Shown piece after piece: positions 41,319-54,859 of a stretch of 64,000 nt of DNA. The translations under genes and the position numbers were made by a program. The number at the start of each line of letters is the position of its first letter. Positions within the stretch are counted from its first letter, which is position 1. Location: assembly GCA_965644295.1 (NCBI GenBank), contig CBFFRP010000025.1, positions 138,978-202,977 on the forward strand, read 5' to 3'. Below the pieces are notes generated by a model, which saw only the letters and a program-made list of their open reading frames with translations, had not been told where the DNA came from and searched no databases. Origin of the DNA: Paraphysomonas bandaiensis. Lineage: Eukaryota > Protista > Chrysophyceae.

Positions 41319-42421
41319 CAGGCTTGCGTAACAATAAATTGGATTGCCAACTAAATTAATCGGTATATAAAGTGATAATTTCAATTATTATTATTGGTAA
41401 ATATTACCAATTAATTGGCTGGATTCGTTATGCAATATGCAATATAGCATGTAGCATTTTAAGATGTATAGCTACTGATCATAGGTACAAGCCCATTACC
41501 TTTCAGCATAGAATTTTTGATGTATGTACACAGTCACATTAACGTTTAATAATCATAATTGTTTGTGACAGTATAAGGGTTAGTATACTCTTTATCCTCA
41601 GCATGCAAGAGTAATAATATGTCAAAGATCGTTGACAAAGAACAAACTTACACCTCCTCAACGGTCGTAGCGATGTATAGCATATGGTGATTGCAGATAT
41701 TCAATTGTTTTATGTGTATCCGTTATGAACGGTAGTATGTATGTGGCAGAACACACTCATACAGAGAAAGCGTAGTCTCATTGGATAGAATGGAGTAGAG
41801 TCATTGGATAGCCATCAGGGCTAGGGAACAAAATATTGCAATATATTGTTCCCTAGACCTGATAGCCATCATGCTTATCATCATTTACTCAACAACATGA
41901 AATAATCGTATGAACATATTTCACGAGTATTTTTAATCTAACGAACGGGGTAAGTAAATGGCAATGCAAGATATGTCCAGTCGGGAAGGGCCTATTAAAT
42001 GGAAAGAATTTTTTTTTGAAAAAGAACAGGTCCGGCGCTTTTTGATAAATGATGTACCTGCACGCGAAGGTGAACTCGATGAAGAGAAAGGTAATGAGGA
42101 GGAAGACGTGGCCATTCGACTACTTAACGACACACATCAAATTGCCAACCCGATATCGTTGCATGAAGCATTTGTGTAGCACTACCGATGATTGTTATGA
42201 CTGATTTTCCATGCGAATGGCACCTAGACACCTTGAAACGTTGAAGTTTCTGCGTGAAAATTGGCATCTTTGGGATGAGATTATAGTTCAGAAAGTTATT
42301 CTATAATCTTTACTTGGCAGTTATTGCAAATAGCATTGATGCTTGATTAAAAACTGTAATTATTATTGTTGGACATCTGTCACCACTTAAATGCATGCCA
42401 TTTAATTGTTACGCAATCCTG
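41319..42421 (+). mobile_element. Non-autonomous hAT-type DNA transposon, copy B
   Basis: TIRs caggcttgcgtaacaat / attgttacgcaatcctg; 8-bp TSD gtctctgt/gtcactgt (7/8); shares sequence and the coding relic INDVPA..GEL with copy A. Confidence 0.85.
41816..41861. mobile_element. 46-bp hAT-like micro-element nested in copy B
   Basis: 16-bp TIRs cagggctagggaacaa / ttgttccctagacctg (15/16); perfect 8-bp TSD ATAGCCAT (41808-15, 41862-69). Confidence 0.85.
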
Positions 42422-43073
42422 GTCACTGTTAGGCTAGCTCACAGCTCACAATTGATTGCATTCAATACATCAACTATTGATAATCAATATATAACATATA
42501 TATTACAGTATATTGTAACTACTACATACCAAAAGTTTCCTAATTATTAATTGTTTTGTAGCTATGTTGTGAGCTCGCTTCACAATAACAACATTATTGT
42601 GGGCCAATCGGTATTCTCACCTTTTCACTATATCATTCTTTCCTACTTGAAGTAAACTAGTTATTGCGATGTAAATTTGCATGTAGCATGTAACATAGCA
42701 AGCATATGAACACTATAAGAATGAGGCCTTTTCTAGCTACATACAATAGTATAATGTGATGTATGTATTATGTAATTTGGCTCGGGATTTAACATTACAA
42801 TTGTGGCATGCGTTGCTGAAAAGACTTTGTGCCTTGTTGATAATGTCCTAACATATTCAAACACTCCACAATGAACATCACGGTAGTTGGGCTTTCACGT
42901 AATTCTTCAATTTACAACAGTGTGTATACTCAGATGGATTTCACTACGATTATTACATTATCAACCGCTGTCCGAAATAAGTTGGACACACGGCGTCGTA
43001 CATTAACAGACGCTGCAGATTATCCTATATCCTAGACAAGAAATCCGAAGTGGATTGAATCCGAGGACTTCAC

Positions 43074-43935
43074 TTAATTCACACCATCGTCTAGCCATTC
43101 CTCCTTAGACTATATGTGTACAAATGAATATTATTATGGCCGTGTTAAAATTATGACGTACCTTCGTCCCACGTCCACCCCTTTTGCTATGCGACGAACC
43201 CATACCAAAGTTCAACTCAGGAAAGCAAAGATAGAGTGAGACAAAGATAAGAGCTATAGTCGACAGGATGCTGAATGACAATTGTGCGGCGGTTTTCAAG
43301 TTAAAATCGTCAGTTGGGTAGTATAACTCTACAGTCTGAAATACATATCAATGACCTTGTCGCAATAGTGGCGGATACATGCAACAAACCTGGTTAAAAA
43401 AAGTAGAACTATAAGACACCCTTTCGTCGTCATAAAATACAGTGTGGGCAAGTGCATACTCTACTGGCTGAAGATCAGGATGCAACTGTCACCACTATGA
43501 ATATCTGACCAAGAGAACGCGGGCATATCTACTTACTTGAAATTGGTATTCAAAGGTAAATTCGTCCCCAGGTCTTACAACAACACCAATTGGTTTGTAG
43601 GAATAATTTTGAACATGGAAGTTAAAGTCATACGGCGAATTCAAGCTGCCCATGATGGCGGTTACATTGTATGCATACTGGTCGTCATTGGAAAAATGAC
43701 ATAACACAGTAACAACTTCGCCGATAGGAAATTTTTGATCAGAGTGATCTGGAAAAAGATATGACGTCTCAATATCTTCGGCGGCTCCAGGCATATTGGT
43801 CAAAGGATGCACAAACTGTTGGTACTGCTGCTGAGCTGTTTGTGCAGTTTCTGTACCATCTTCCTGAGAGTGTGCCACTTGAAGTAGTAGAGAGCTCACA
43901 AAAGCAACACAAAACAATCTCATATTGGCAACCAT
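43074..43935 (-). CDS. SSR1: Translocon-associated protein alpha (TRAP-alpha), multi-exon
   Basis: Signal peptide; FPIGEVVTVLCHFSN..YNVTAIMGSLNSPYDFNFHVQNYS..FTFEYQF luminal domain; SSTFFNQTVEL; single TM; short tail ending EEWLDDGVN. Confidence 0.85.
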
Positions 43936-44406
43936 AATAATGCTTCGATTGTACAAGAGGTATTGTAGATTACACCTTGCTTTGCAGTGGACTATCGTAT
44001 AGGTTTCGTATAGCCACCTGCGGTCGGCAGCAGTGTGTGACATCTAGACATGCTCTTGCAACAATATCATGTAGGTATACCAACCGGTATACCGTATACC
44101 AGGCATGGGTATAGGTGCTTGATACAGTATTCCGTTATAGTAGTACTATCGTATACCGCCGTATACATACATGTATGGTCGAAGTTCGACCACTGATATA
44201 TGTATGTATGTATTATGTGGTGTTGACTTTATACGCTGCGGTATACAAACATCGACACGCACAGCTACTTGTGAAGGCACATTATCAAGACAGTGTGTGA
44301 TGTGCTGGCATTAGCAACCATATTAGCTGTACTGACTCAGCTCGTGTTTGCAACAATATATCGTAGCTTATCAGTTCTTAAATAATCCATCAATTAATTG
44401 AGCCAA

Positions 44407-45928
44407 ATGGGAAAAGGAAAGAAAAACTCCAAAGCAAAAAAATTGAGTGCGAAAAAGAATGAAAGCAGCACTACAGCAGCAAGCCCTGCAAAGTTACTCT
44501 TAGAACAAGGCAACATAGCACTATCTCGTGTTGAGCCTGAACTTGCTCTGCAATTTTTCGAGCGAGCCTATCAGATTGATTCTAATGATACTGATGTCAT
44601 GGACGCATTATCGGACGTGTTAGTTCGATTGAACGAACCTGAGAAGGCATTAAGTTTTCTCATGAAAAGTACTCAAATCGCTCCCACAGAAAATCCTGGA
44701 AAGTGGCTTTGTATGGCACAGTTGTTGGAGGGCCAAGAAGCCCTCAATAGCTACAACCGCGGTATCGAGTTACTAAAATCCACTGGTTCTGGCGATTCTA
44801 ATGAACAGGTCACTCATCTTTCCAAAAGTCTTGTAGCTTGTAACTCATTCTCAACAGGCTAGTGTAGCTAAGCAACTTGCGAAAGCGTATAGTGGAGTAG
44901 CAGAGCTGTACTTAACCGATTTATGGTATTGTGTGGACTATTCCCTTGTCATCATAACTTTTGTTCGCTGTAGTTACGATGAGGATGCTGAAACTCAATG
45001 TGAACGTGCGGTGTCTGACGCACTAGCGTGTGACGCCAGTTCCATAGATGCATTGCACGCACAAGCTAGTCTAAGATTAAGCCAGAGTAGAACCAGTGAA
45101 GCTTGTGACATTATTCAGCAGGTGTACGACATTATAAGCAGAAGACGAGATGCAGTCATTCACCGTACAGTAGTAGAAGAGTTGCAGGGAGATAGTGATA
45201 GTGGAAATCTAAGCACTGAAGAAAATGGTATGTGTTTGTATAAATCGTAGGATTTGTATGTAGTATATATAAATATCACGTCGAACGCATCATATTCGTA
45301 TATACTACAGAATTTCCAAGTGCCGAGCTTTGTGTGACTACTGCGAAAATGCTTTTAGAATGTTCTTGTGTTCGACCAGAGATGGCACAAGTAAGTTAAA
45401 ATTGCTTGTGGAAATAGATAACTTGTCGCAGAAAGCGTTAGATATGATAGTCAGTCTTCTGCATGATGATGATGAGAATATAGAGCTATGGTAACGTCTT
45501 CTAGTATAATGGCAGTTCGTAATTTTTCTTTTTGTAGGTACCTCGCAGGCGTAGCTGAAATGACAATTTGTTCCCAGCAAACTACACCAGATTATGAAGC
45601 GGCAAACTATTATTTGAGCCAAGCCAAAATTATGATTGAAGAATTGCGACAGCAGTACCAGCAGCAGAATTCAATCCAGGTTTCAGTTAGATGGTACCAT
45701 ATGTTGTAACGTTAGTAATTTAATTGTTTGTAGGAAATCGACTCATGTTCTGTTCTTCCATTTGAGGATGAATTGAGTTTAGTACTTAGTCACCTTAAGA
45801 TTATTGAGCAAAGTTCTCAGTCAGGAGCTCAGGCAACCATTCCAATGGGTAATCAGAATGATGATGACGAGGAATGGTCGAGTGATGAGGATAATATGGA
45901 TTGTGAGAGTAGTGCAATGGATTGTTGA
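44407..45928 (+). CDS. ACL4: Acl4-like TPR protein (Rpl4 assembly chaperone), multi-exon
   Basis: KWLCMAQLLEGQEALNSYNRGIELL, AELYLTDLC-YDEDAETQCE, ALHAQASLRLSQ, DDENIELWYL, acidic tail. Confidence 0.75.
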
Positions 45929-46993
45929 AATTTTGAATCTTTGGATCTTTTCGTTTAAAATATTTATGCTTACGATTTGTGATGAGTGCGATAGTTTCGG
46001 ATCACAGTTGGAAAATGTAGTTTTAAATATTAAATACTCTAATAGATTTATATCAGCTGCTGGATTTCATGCCTCTCTATGGTTATTTAATGTAGTATCC
46101 TGTTTAAATAATATTACTTACGTATTATTCAAGTACTCAACTAGTTAAATTTTATCTCCATTATGTCCCAAAAATGTATTTTCTCGACCTGCATATAAGG
46201 TTGAACTGAAAATAGAACGCTCATATTAGCACCGGAACTATACAGACATTCAACTACAGATATAGTTCGAACAGATACTCATTATTTATTACACAGTTTT
46301 AGGGAAAGTGCAACGATGACTCCTATTTCAAAAGCAGATCATCAAATAGTCCAGTTGTATTTTGTGTTCCATCCTTCTAGATCATAATTATGTCAGTACA
46401 TGTGTCCATGTGATCTATCATAAAAATAAGTACTTCAAATCTGTACTTCAAGATATTTGCTGGATAGTTGCAATGCCACATCTGATGATAAAGATGATTT
46501 AGAGTATTGACACCCTGACTTTTTAATATATATATACACAACACTAAACCCATATATGAAAGTCTTATTATTAGCAATAGGCGCCGAGAATCAGCACCAG
46601 ATACGTAGCTAGGTGAAAACTAGTCAAGATAGATAGACTTCTACCTGTTAAATAACTAGTACAAATTCCCATATCCTACTATATAACGTTACGAAAGCTG
46701 CTTGTGCGTCGCCGCAAGCACCAAGGTGCGACCACTTCTGTTCTTGTGAGGGAAAAGATCTCTATGGACGAGAGTCCTGGAAGTGCAGATGGGGTTAGTC
46801 AGGGGGGCTTCTCTTGGGGTAGGGCACTGCAGGACGTTGTGGAAGCACAGGATTCTGAATTAGTGAGTCGAGTATACCTAGCCTAAGAAAGATGGCGCTG
46901 GCGGCGTAGTTGGCGGATGTGTAGCTGGCGGATGCTGCAACGTGGTGTTTCCACTTTTACAGGGATTGTGGGAGATGTGGATGTGTGGAGAGA

Positions 46994-47253
46994 TACAGTA
47001 GTAGTGGTTAACAGTATTATGAGAACTAACAACATAATAGCAACTGTAGTAATGAAACTGAATATCATATATATATTGATCATACAAGATAGTGACGATG
47101 TAAGATCGTACAAGAAATGATTGGTCGTAGAGATAACATGAAATTGATGAATGAGAAGAGATATTGACTACACAAGAGATTTTAACAAGATTAATGAGTG
47201 GCTACACGTCCAATTAACTTAGAAAATATCCAATTTGTGTCATAACTTGACAG
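46994..47253. repeat. Dispersed repeat, copy 2 (copy 1 at about 3955-4211)
   Basis: Alignable by eye with 3955-4211. Confidence 0.8.
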
Positions 47254-47769
47254 TTTCAACGTTTCAACAAGGGGCATCTCTTTCTCCTTTCTTGGCCCAT
47301 CCAAGCAATTAATAAGCAATCATTTTACTGCCGATTGTATATAGTAGGACTAATGGCTAGGATACAATAGTGGTGTTCTCTGCTCTATAGAATAAATGCA
47401 TAATATTAGCACTGCAGCTCACCGTAGATTGGTGAGTAATGATATTTAGTTCGCAACAAAATCAATTTTAAATAAAATTCTTCGATATTAATACATCGTT
47501 AAATGCCTCATCGGCTATAAAACTAACAACACATGGACACGTTATTTATATTATACTGCCATTCGTCGATTATACCAACTGCGTCAGTGCCTCTAAGATA
47601 AGCTGCACTCTGCAGACACTAACAAAAACGTCTTCACATCAACTATTTTAATATAGATATAAGAGATAAGAAATAATAAACGTTGTACACACACAAAAAA
47701 TACAAATAAATATCGGTGCGCTACCGTGAATGATTAAAATAGAACGTCAAATTATAATCTGTCCTTGAT

Positions 47770-48701
47770 CTACCCGATAGTGGGTAGGAGATCCGACAAC
47801 TGTCGAGAAATCGAGTTAACTGCCACACCACATTGAATACCCTGGGTTATTATTAAGAGACGCTTGGTGAGGGGGAGAGTGTTTCGGCAATCAGAAAGAG
47901 GAGAACTAGAGTCCACTGGTGTCTCTGCACAACTCACTGGACTAGAGGTGCGGTCGTCGCTTTCCTTCATTCCAATTGTAGTCATGTGCCCAGTAGACGG
48001 AGATGGAAGGCGCACTGTCAATCTCTTGTGCGATTTCACTGGGCTCACTGGAGGCCTCTTATGAGACCGTACACTCTTCGCGGTATTGATCTCTTGTAGA
48101 GCATGCCACTTGCATACATAGGATACGTGAGACTGGAACTGTGGAGCAGAAATGTTAACGCTGTAGTCAAATATATCCAGAAATCGGAGCTCAAGGGAGT
48201 TTAAAAATCTGATGTCGCAATTACACACACGTGCAAATTCGGCATTGGTGACAGTGTAGTCATCGAGCATCTTGGACGCCATCATGAGGCATACCAATAA
48301 AACTGACTTCCAATTCTGAGCACATATTCTGCACTTGTTATCAGTGTTTCTTCCTAGCTGTTTCATGTATATCAAAGCTCCAACCAGACACTCTGGCTCA
48401 AGTTGCGAGCATTCGAATATGTGATAACACAAGCTCATTATTGATTGAACGGACGGCTCCTAAGATGACCATTATATTACACGGGAAGAGCACTACAAAC
48501 ACACCACACCTTATTCTTCCATGGACTTGTAAATATACCGTAGGATTTGGGGAGTATATAACCATCGTTATCAGCAGATTCGATTTGGCGAAGGAACTCC
48601 CAGGACAGACATTTTATAAGAACTTCCACAACATTATGAGATGAGGAGAGTAAACCATCATCACGGATTTGGATGACACCATTGCAACACACTTCAGCCA
48701 T
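47770..48701 (-). CDS. Cyclin (cyclin Y / Pho80-like N-terminal cyclin box); intron about 48460-48508
   Basis: LEPECLVGALIYM..NWKSVLLVCLMMASKMLDD..LNSLELRFLDIFDYSVNIS. Confidence 0.82.
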
Positions 48702-50595
48702 GTGAAAATAAATGCGCTCTGAGTAGTGTGATATGTGAAGGATTGTAGTGTAATTATGCTAATGTAGCGTAATTATTCTGCATGAGGTAGATATAAGTTC
48801 AAGGGACGAAGTTGTCAAGGGTTCTCAGAGTACGCTTCTGTTCAAGTGGAAGATGCGTGAGTCGAGTAATTGAAGAACGCAAGATTTGTGAAGAAAATGA
48901 CGTCAGGGGATACACAATAATACTATGGAATTTGCAATACGGAAATATCTTGAAGAGGTGATGGGTTGCATAAACTGAAAAAATATTGCACCAAAAAATT
49001 TGTCCTTTCTCCTCCTTGACTTCCGGATTAGGGAATCATGATTGATGATTAGCAGTCGAATATAATTCCACGCAGCTTTAAATTTTACAAAGCTGATATA
49101 GTGTTGGCTATATGAGGATGGATGACAAATTTATAACATCGTGTTTTAAGCCACTGTAGTGACCTGGTATATTTTGATTCATGTAGTTTAGTTGCAGAAT
49201 GTGTATGTGAAGAAATGTCCGAAACATGACGATATACTGAATCCATTAGGAATGAAACAAGTACGCTTAAGTACTTTTCGGGTATTACATTCTATAATAA
49301 AGTGGGCTGATATTATGAATTCTTTTCTTAATTGTGTACTCTATATCTTGCCTTCACGAAAGATTGAACGCGAATGCTTTACACATGTCATCTAAAATTC
49401 TGCTATGCTTAGAGAGGCCGTACAATTTCCACTTATGGTGGACTAAATCTATCATCAATGATGCTGTGGGACTTGCTTCTCTTCGAATTATGTATGAACG
49501 GCATCTTTGTATAAACTGATCTCTAAGTGTACAGTGAGAGTTACCTAAATTTGAGAAGCATTATTTCAGATCTTTAAACAGCTTCTCCGTAAAGTGTAAT
49601 GTGATATGATATAGTAGCTTATTTTTACACGCTTACAACTCTGTGTCGTTTAAGTATAACTTTAGCGTGGTAACCTTTTTAGTATTGTCCATATTGATAT
49701 TCACTCTGTAAACTCAATGTATCTTGCTGTGAGACGGAGTACACAGATATGATTTGTATGTTTCAGATATGATGTGGAGTATTGCATTAAAGATATTGTC
49801 AGCCATTGTTATTCTTAGCAAACGTTCTATAATTAATAATCCGAACTTTTGATAGCAACTCTATTCAATATTGCGGTCACTACTACATACGATTTCCTAA
49901 GTACCATCTAATTGTTTTATAAATGCCTTTTTAGCGTGGATTAGTTGGCTACAACTAGACCGCATGAGAAAAACGACTTTAATCAGCGCGTTATTATGGT
50001 CTCGGCGTTATTTAACTTCTTGAGTACCACCACGACTGGCCAAATGTATCTTAACCTGCTTGGTATAGCTTCTATCACCGACGCAGATGGATTTATGAAT
50101 TATCGCCTCTGGCGTCGGCACGATAGCTTTCGTTCATACTCTAGAATTGTTTTAAGCAGTATGTTCTCTGCCATTTTCAATTATCGATTGAATGGTGATC
50201 AATTGCCACGCACAGTGATGTAGTACATTAGTTTCGACTCAGTTTATAGCAGAGTTAAGACTGCTAGACGCTTTCACTTCGAATACTGCCCTTAACAACG
50301 AATTGACTGCGAAAACATCCTTTAATAATAAACTATATCTTATTAAGATTTTAAATATAAGCATGTGAAATAGCCAAGCATTAAGACTATTGGTATTTGT
50401 TCGAGAACTCCCTGCATCTTGAAGACCCTGCATATACGTTAATATTAAATTCTTTAACTTGAACACATGCTGTTGAAGCATACGAATGGGACTTCGTAAT
50501 ACCCGTATAGCAGAATACACAACAATACAACTTTCATATTATGAATACACGTGAAAAAATATACACTGACCATATATACCGCCAGCTGCTTCGAC

Positions 50596-51316
50596 TTAAG
50601 GAAGAGCAACAACCTAATTCCACTAGTTAACATGCACGAAACGAAAAAAGTAGGAAACACCTTGAGCTCCACCGCAATTGGAGTGGGAAGGGCTCTAATC
50701 GCTATGGTCGTTCTTGTTGCATTCACATTTTTAAAATATTCTGCATACACCTAAGCAGCCGTAACTATGTTGCAACCTATATCACAACGGCTCAAACCTT
50801 ATTGAAAGTGGCAAAATCTCGATCCATATCAATTAGGAAACATTGAACATCCACAACCTGCATAAAAATTGAATGGAATAGTTCAGAACAATATCATACA
50901 AGCTAGTACTTTGTCCAACGACGAGCCACTGCCCTCTAAAATAGTGATTACATTCTCGATGCACGCTCTAGTCTGAGCTTCGATGTCGTAATCCTATCAC
51001 CAAATTAGATAATTACACAACAACTATATATTCTTGCCAGAGGCTCTCCTGTGACTGCGTCTTTAATTGGTCCCCCAGGAATCACATTTGTAACTGGGGT
51101 TCTGGGACCAACTCCTGAGTATACAGTTACTTATCATCGTTAACAAGTACCAATAATTACCTGCTAAGAAAAGCAACCCACCAGCAATCTTAGAGTGAGC
51201 ATACGAGCCCACAGGCGCGGGTGCTTGTGATAAATTAAAAGATTTTCCTGACGGCGAAGGAGTCACCCCCTTATGAGGACTTTCCTTCTCATCTACACGC
51301 TTCGAGGACATATCAA
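50596..51316 (-). CDS. RidA/YjgF-family 2-aminomuconate deaminase-like domain, multi-exon; C-terminal module of a predicted fusion
   Basis: APAPVGSYAH..LLFLAG-VGPR..IPGG..YDIEAQTRACIENV..GSSLDK-VVDVQCFLIDMDRDFATFNK-VYAEYF..TRTTIAIRALPTPIAVELK-VVALP*; conserved Arg and Glu retained. Confidence 0.88.
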
Positions 51317-51365
51317 CTGAAACACAAATTAACAACAACACCATTCATGTCATAAATGCGCGTAC

Positions 51366-53600
51366 CCATTCCGCTTGGCATCGGAGGAATAGGGGCAGGG
51401 TCGGCGAGGCACAAAGACGTTACCTCAGAAAAGAACTCCAAGCTTCAGAAAAATGTCAAAAACGACGATATCAACAACTATACACTTGACCTATGAGTGC
51501 CTCCTTCCCTCCCAACTCCACTGCACTTCGTTCCTCCAAAGGGAACCCTAACGCAATGACATCTGAGCAAACATTTCGCATATGGCAATATGATACCTTA
51601 AATCGCGAAGTAACCAGCAATTCACCCATACTAATCCACAATCCAAACCTAAAGGATATGTAATTAACGACGCTTGGAGCTACAGCTATAGTGATACCCT
51701 GGGCCAGCGTCATCGCTTCTGAACGCGGGGCACCATCATACTTAACATTTTCTGGAGCTGTCCACAGTGAAGCTGCCAACCCATACCGCACACCATTAGC
51801 CATTGCCAAACCCTTCGCTTGTTTTTAATTAGGCATACTACTATATAGGTCTTTACCTCTTCAGTCGAACCGAATTTCTGTACAGTTAAAACGGGGCCAA
51901 AAACTTCTTCTTGAACAATAGCTGAACTCTGGTCCACATCTACCTTCTATGTAAGTCAAAATCACAAATGTATTCATATCCCTCACTGATTAAAACTGTT
52001 GGAGGGTAAACATATCCCGATGTGTGTAAGCCTTCTTCAGCCTGAGGCCCCCCGGTAACGACCTAACATCAAGCCCACGTTAAAACGAAAGGAACACCTA
52101 CCACCTTTTGGTACCTCTGCACCACTCGAGATTGCACTTTCAACAGCAGTTCTAATTTTATTAAGATGGGCTTCTGATATAACAGGGCCCAAATCAGTGG
52201 CTGGGTCAAATGGGTCTCCAATCTTGAAGTGATATTACAACACAGACAAGAATATACAACATGAAGCACTCACTCTTAGTTTTTCTACTTCGCTCTTTAA
52301 TCGAAAAATGAATTCATCGTACACAGCTTCATGTACAATTGCTCTAAATAACAATTTAGACAGTTTAACAATGAGAATACATAAAACCTCGATCCACAAA
52401 GACAAATTTGTCCAGAATTCAAAAATGACGAACGTACAACGCCTTTAACAGCCACATCTGAAATACGTTTTTACTGGTACTATGGACGTTGAAATGGAAA
52501 GAATACCTAAATCAGCGTCAGCCATCACTATAGCTGGATTCTTCCCTCCAAGTTCAAGAGACACCTGTAGCACGAATATAACCGCAGCATATTGAAAGCG
52601 TACGAGGGCACCTTCTTAAAGAGGGGGGCTGCTTGTGTGGCAACCATAGCACCTGTACTCGTACCACCAGTAAATGATATTGCCTTGATATCTTTATGAC
52701 CCACGATAGAAGACCCAACTTCACTTCCAAGACCATGCACAATGTTAAGAACTCCAGGAGGAAGTCCCGCTCTATTAAAGTACAATGAATGAGACAAGTA
52801 CCTGGAAGGACTACATCAGAGCGGAAACCTTTGAGTTGCCTCAGCAAGGAGATTAGCTGTCGTGGGAGTCAACTCTGATGGCTTTGCAACAATAGTACAT
52901 CCAGAAACAAGTGCGGGGGCAATCTATTTTATGGTTTAGTACAAGGCCTATATACTATTCTTTCATTAGACCTTCCACGACAGCAGATAGAGTGGTAGAT
53001 TCCAAGGACTGATCAACCCAGCCACTCCAACAGGGCGTCGAATGATATGATGTACAGCTGACTGAGGAGAATTCTACGTACGGTTAACGAAGGCAATGAA
53101 GCTAAATATGTTTCTTACCTGTTCGTATGACAGATGTTGCTGCTGCATGACAGTTTCCGCGAAAAATCGGAAGTTGTGTGCACTCCTAAGATGTGTAAGA
53201 AGTATTAGAATATCATGAAACAATACCTGGCAATATCAAGATTTCTACTTAAACTCAAAGGCTTCCCAGTGTCCATTGATTCGGCCATTGCAAATTTCTA
53301 TTGCAATCTTATAAAAGCGTAAAAATATAATGCATACACCACCTCAGAGTTATTTTCAATCTCCTGTGCAATCCGTAACAAATACTGTGCTCTGCAATCG
53401 GAAGTCAAAGACGACCACTCAGGAAGAACTTTCAATGCACAATCCACCGCATTGTTTACATCGATTGCAGATGATTCTGGAACCAAATTATTCGCTGTAC
53501 GTGTAAAGGGATTGATATTCTCGATATATCGCATCGTAGACGGCTCAGTAAACTTGCCATTAAGCCAATTACCAAGTCGAGGAATGTTTCTATTCAACAT
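51366..53600 (-). CDS. ALDH8A1: 2-aminomuconic semialdehyde dehydrogenase-like ALDH (ALDH8A1/AmnC family), many exons; N-terminal module of a predicted fusion
   Basis: AESMDTGKP, NFRFFA, GLISPWNLPLYLLSWKIAPAL, KPSELTP, SFTGGT, SLELGGKNP, NSGQICLCGSR, EEVFGPV, PFGG..SGVGREGG..SLEFFSE. Start could be 53660. Confidence 0.88.
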
Positions 53601-53721
53601 ATTCAAGTGGTATCGTTTATAGGGTAAGAAACTCTTTTGCCAGTGCAGGTGTTCAAACATGCATCATGTTATCCGCTTCCTTCACCTCCCTGCTGGCACA
53701 ATGTGTAGATCTGCTCTGTAC

Positions 53722-53722
<1 letters not shown>

Positions 53723-53752
<30 letters not shown>

Positions 53753-53826
53753 CATACATACATACATACATACATACATACATACATACATACATACATA
53801 CATACATACATACATACATACATACA

Positions 53827-53858
<32 letters not shown>

Positions 53859-54820
53859 CATACATACATACATACATACATACATACATACATACATACA
53901 TACATACATACATACATACATACATACATACATACATACATACATACATACATACATACATACATACATACATACATACATACATACATACATACATACA
54001 TACATACATACATACATACATACATACATACATACATACATACATACATACATACATACATACATACATACATACATACATACATACATACATACATACA
54101 TACATACATACATACATACATACATACATACATACATACATACATACATACATACATACATACATACATACATACATACATACATACATACATACATACA
54201 TACATACATACATACATACATACATACATACATACATACATACATACATACATACATACATACATACATACATACATACATACATACATACATACATACA
54301 TACATACATACATACATACATACATACATACATACATACATACATACATACATACATACATACATACATACATACATACATACATACATACATACATACA
54401 TACATACATACATACATACATACATACATACATACATACATACATACATACATACATACATACATACATACATACATACATACATACATACATACATACA
54501 TACATACATACATACATACATACATACATACATACATACATACATACATACATACATACATACATACATACATACATACATACATACATACATACATACA
54601 TACATACATACATACATACATACATACATACATACATACATACATACATACATACATACATACATACATACATACATACATACATACATACATACATACA
54701 TACATACATACATACATACATACATACATACATACATACATACATACATACATACATACATACATACATACATACATACATACATACATACATACATACA
54801 TACATACATACATACATACA

Positions 54821-54851
<31 letters not shown>

Positions 54852-54859
54852 GTACATAC
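53723..54859. repeat. (CATA)n/(TATG)n microsatellite, ~1.14 kb
   Basis: Nearly perfect tetranucleotide array; interruptions near 53855 and 54851. Confidence 0.98.

Noticed and set aside
48850-50450. Possible multi-exon + strand gene
   Set aside because: Short ORFs and some splice-like sites, but no recognisable motif or consistent exon chain could be built by eye.
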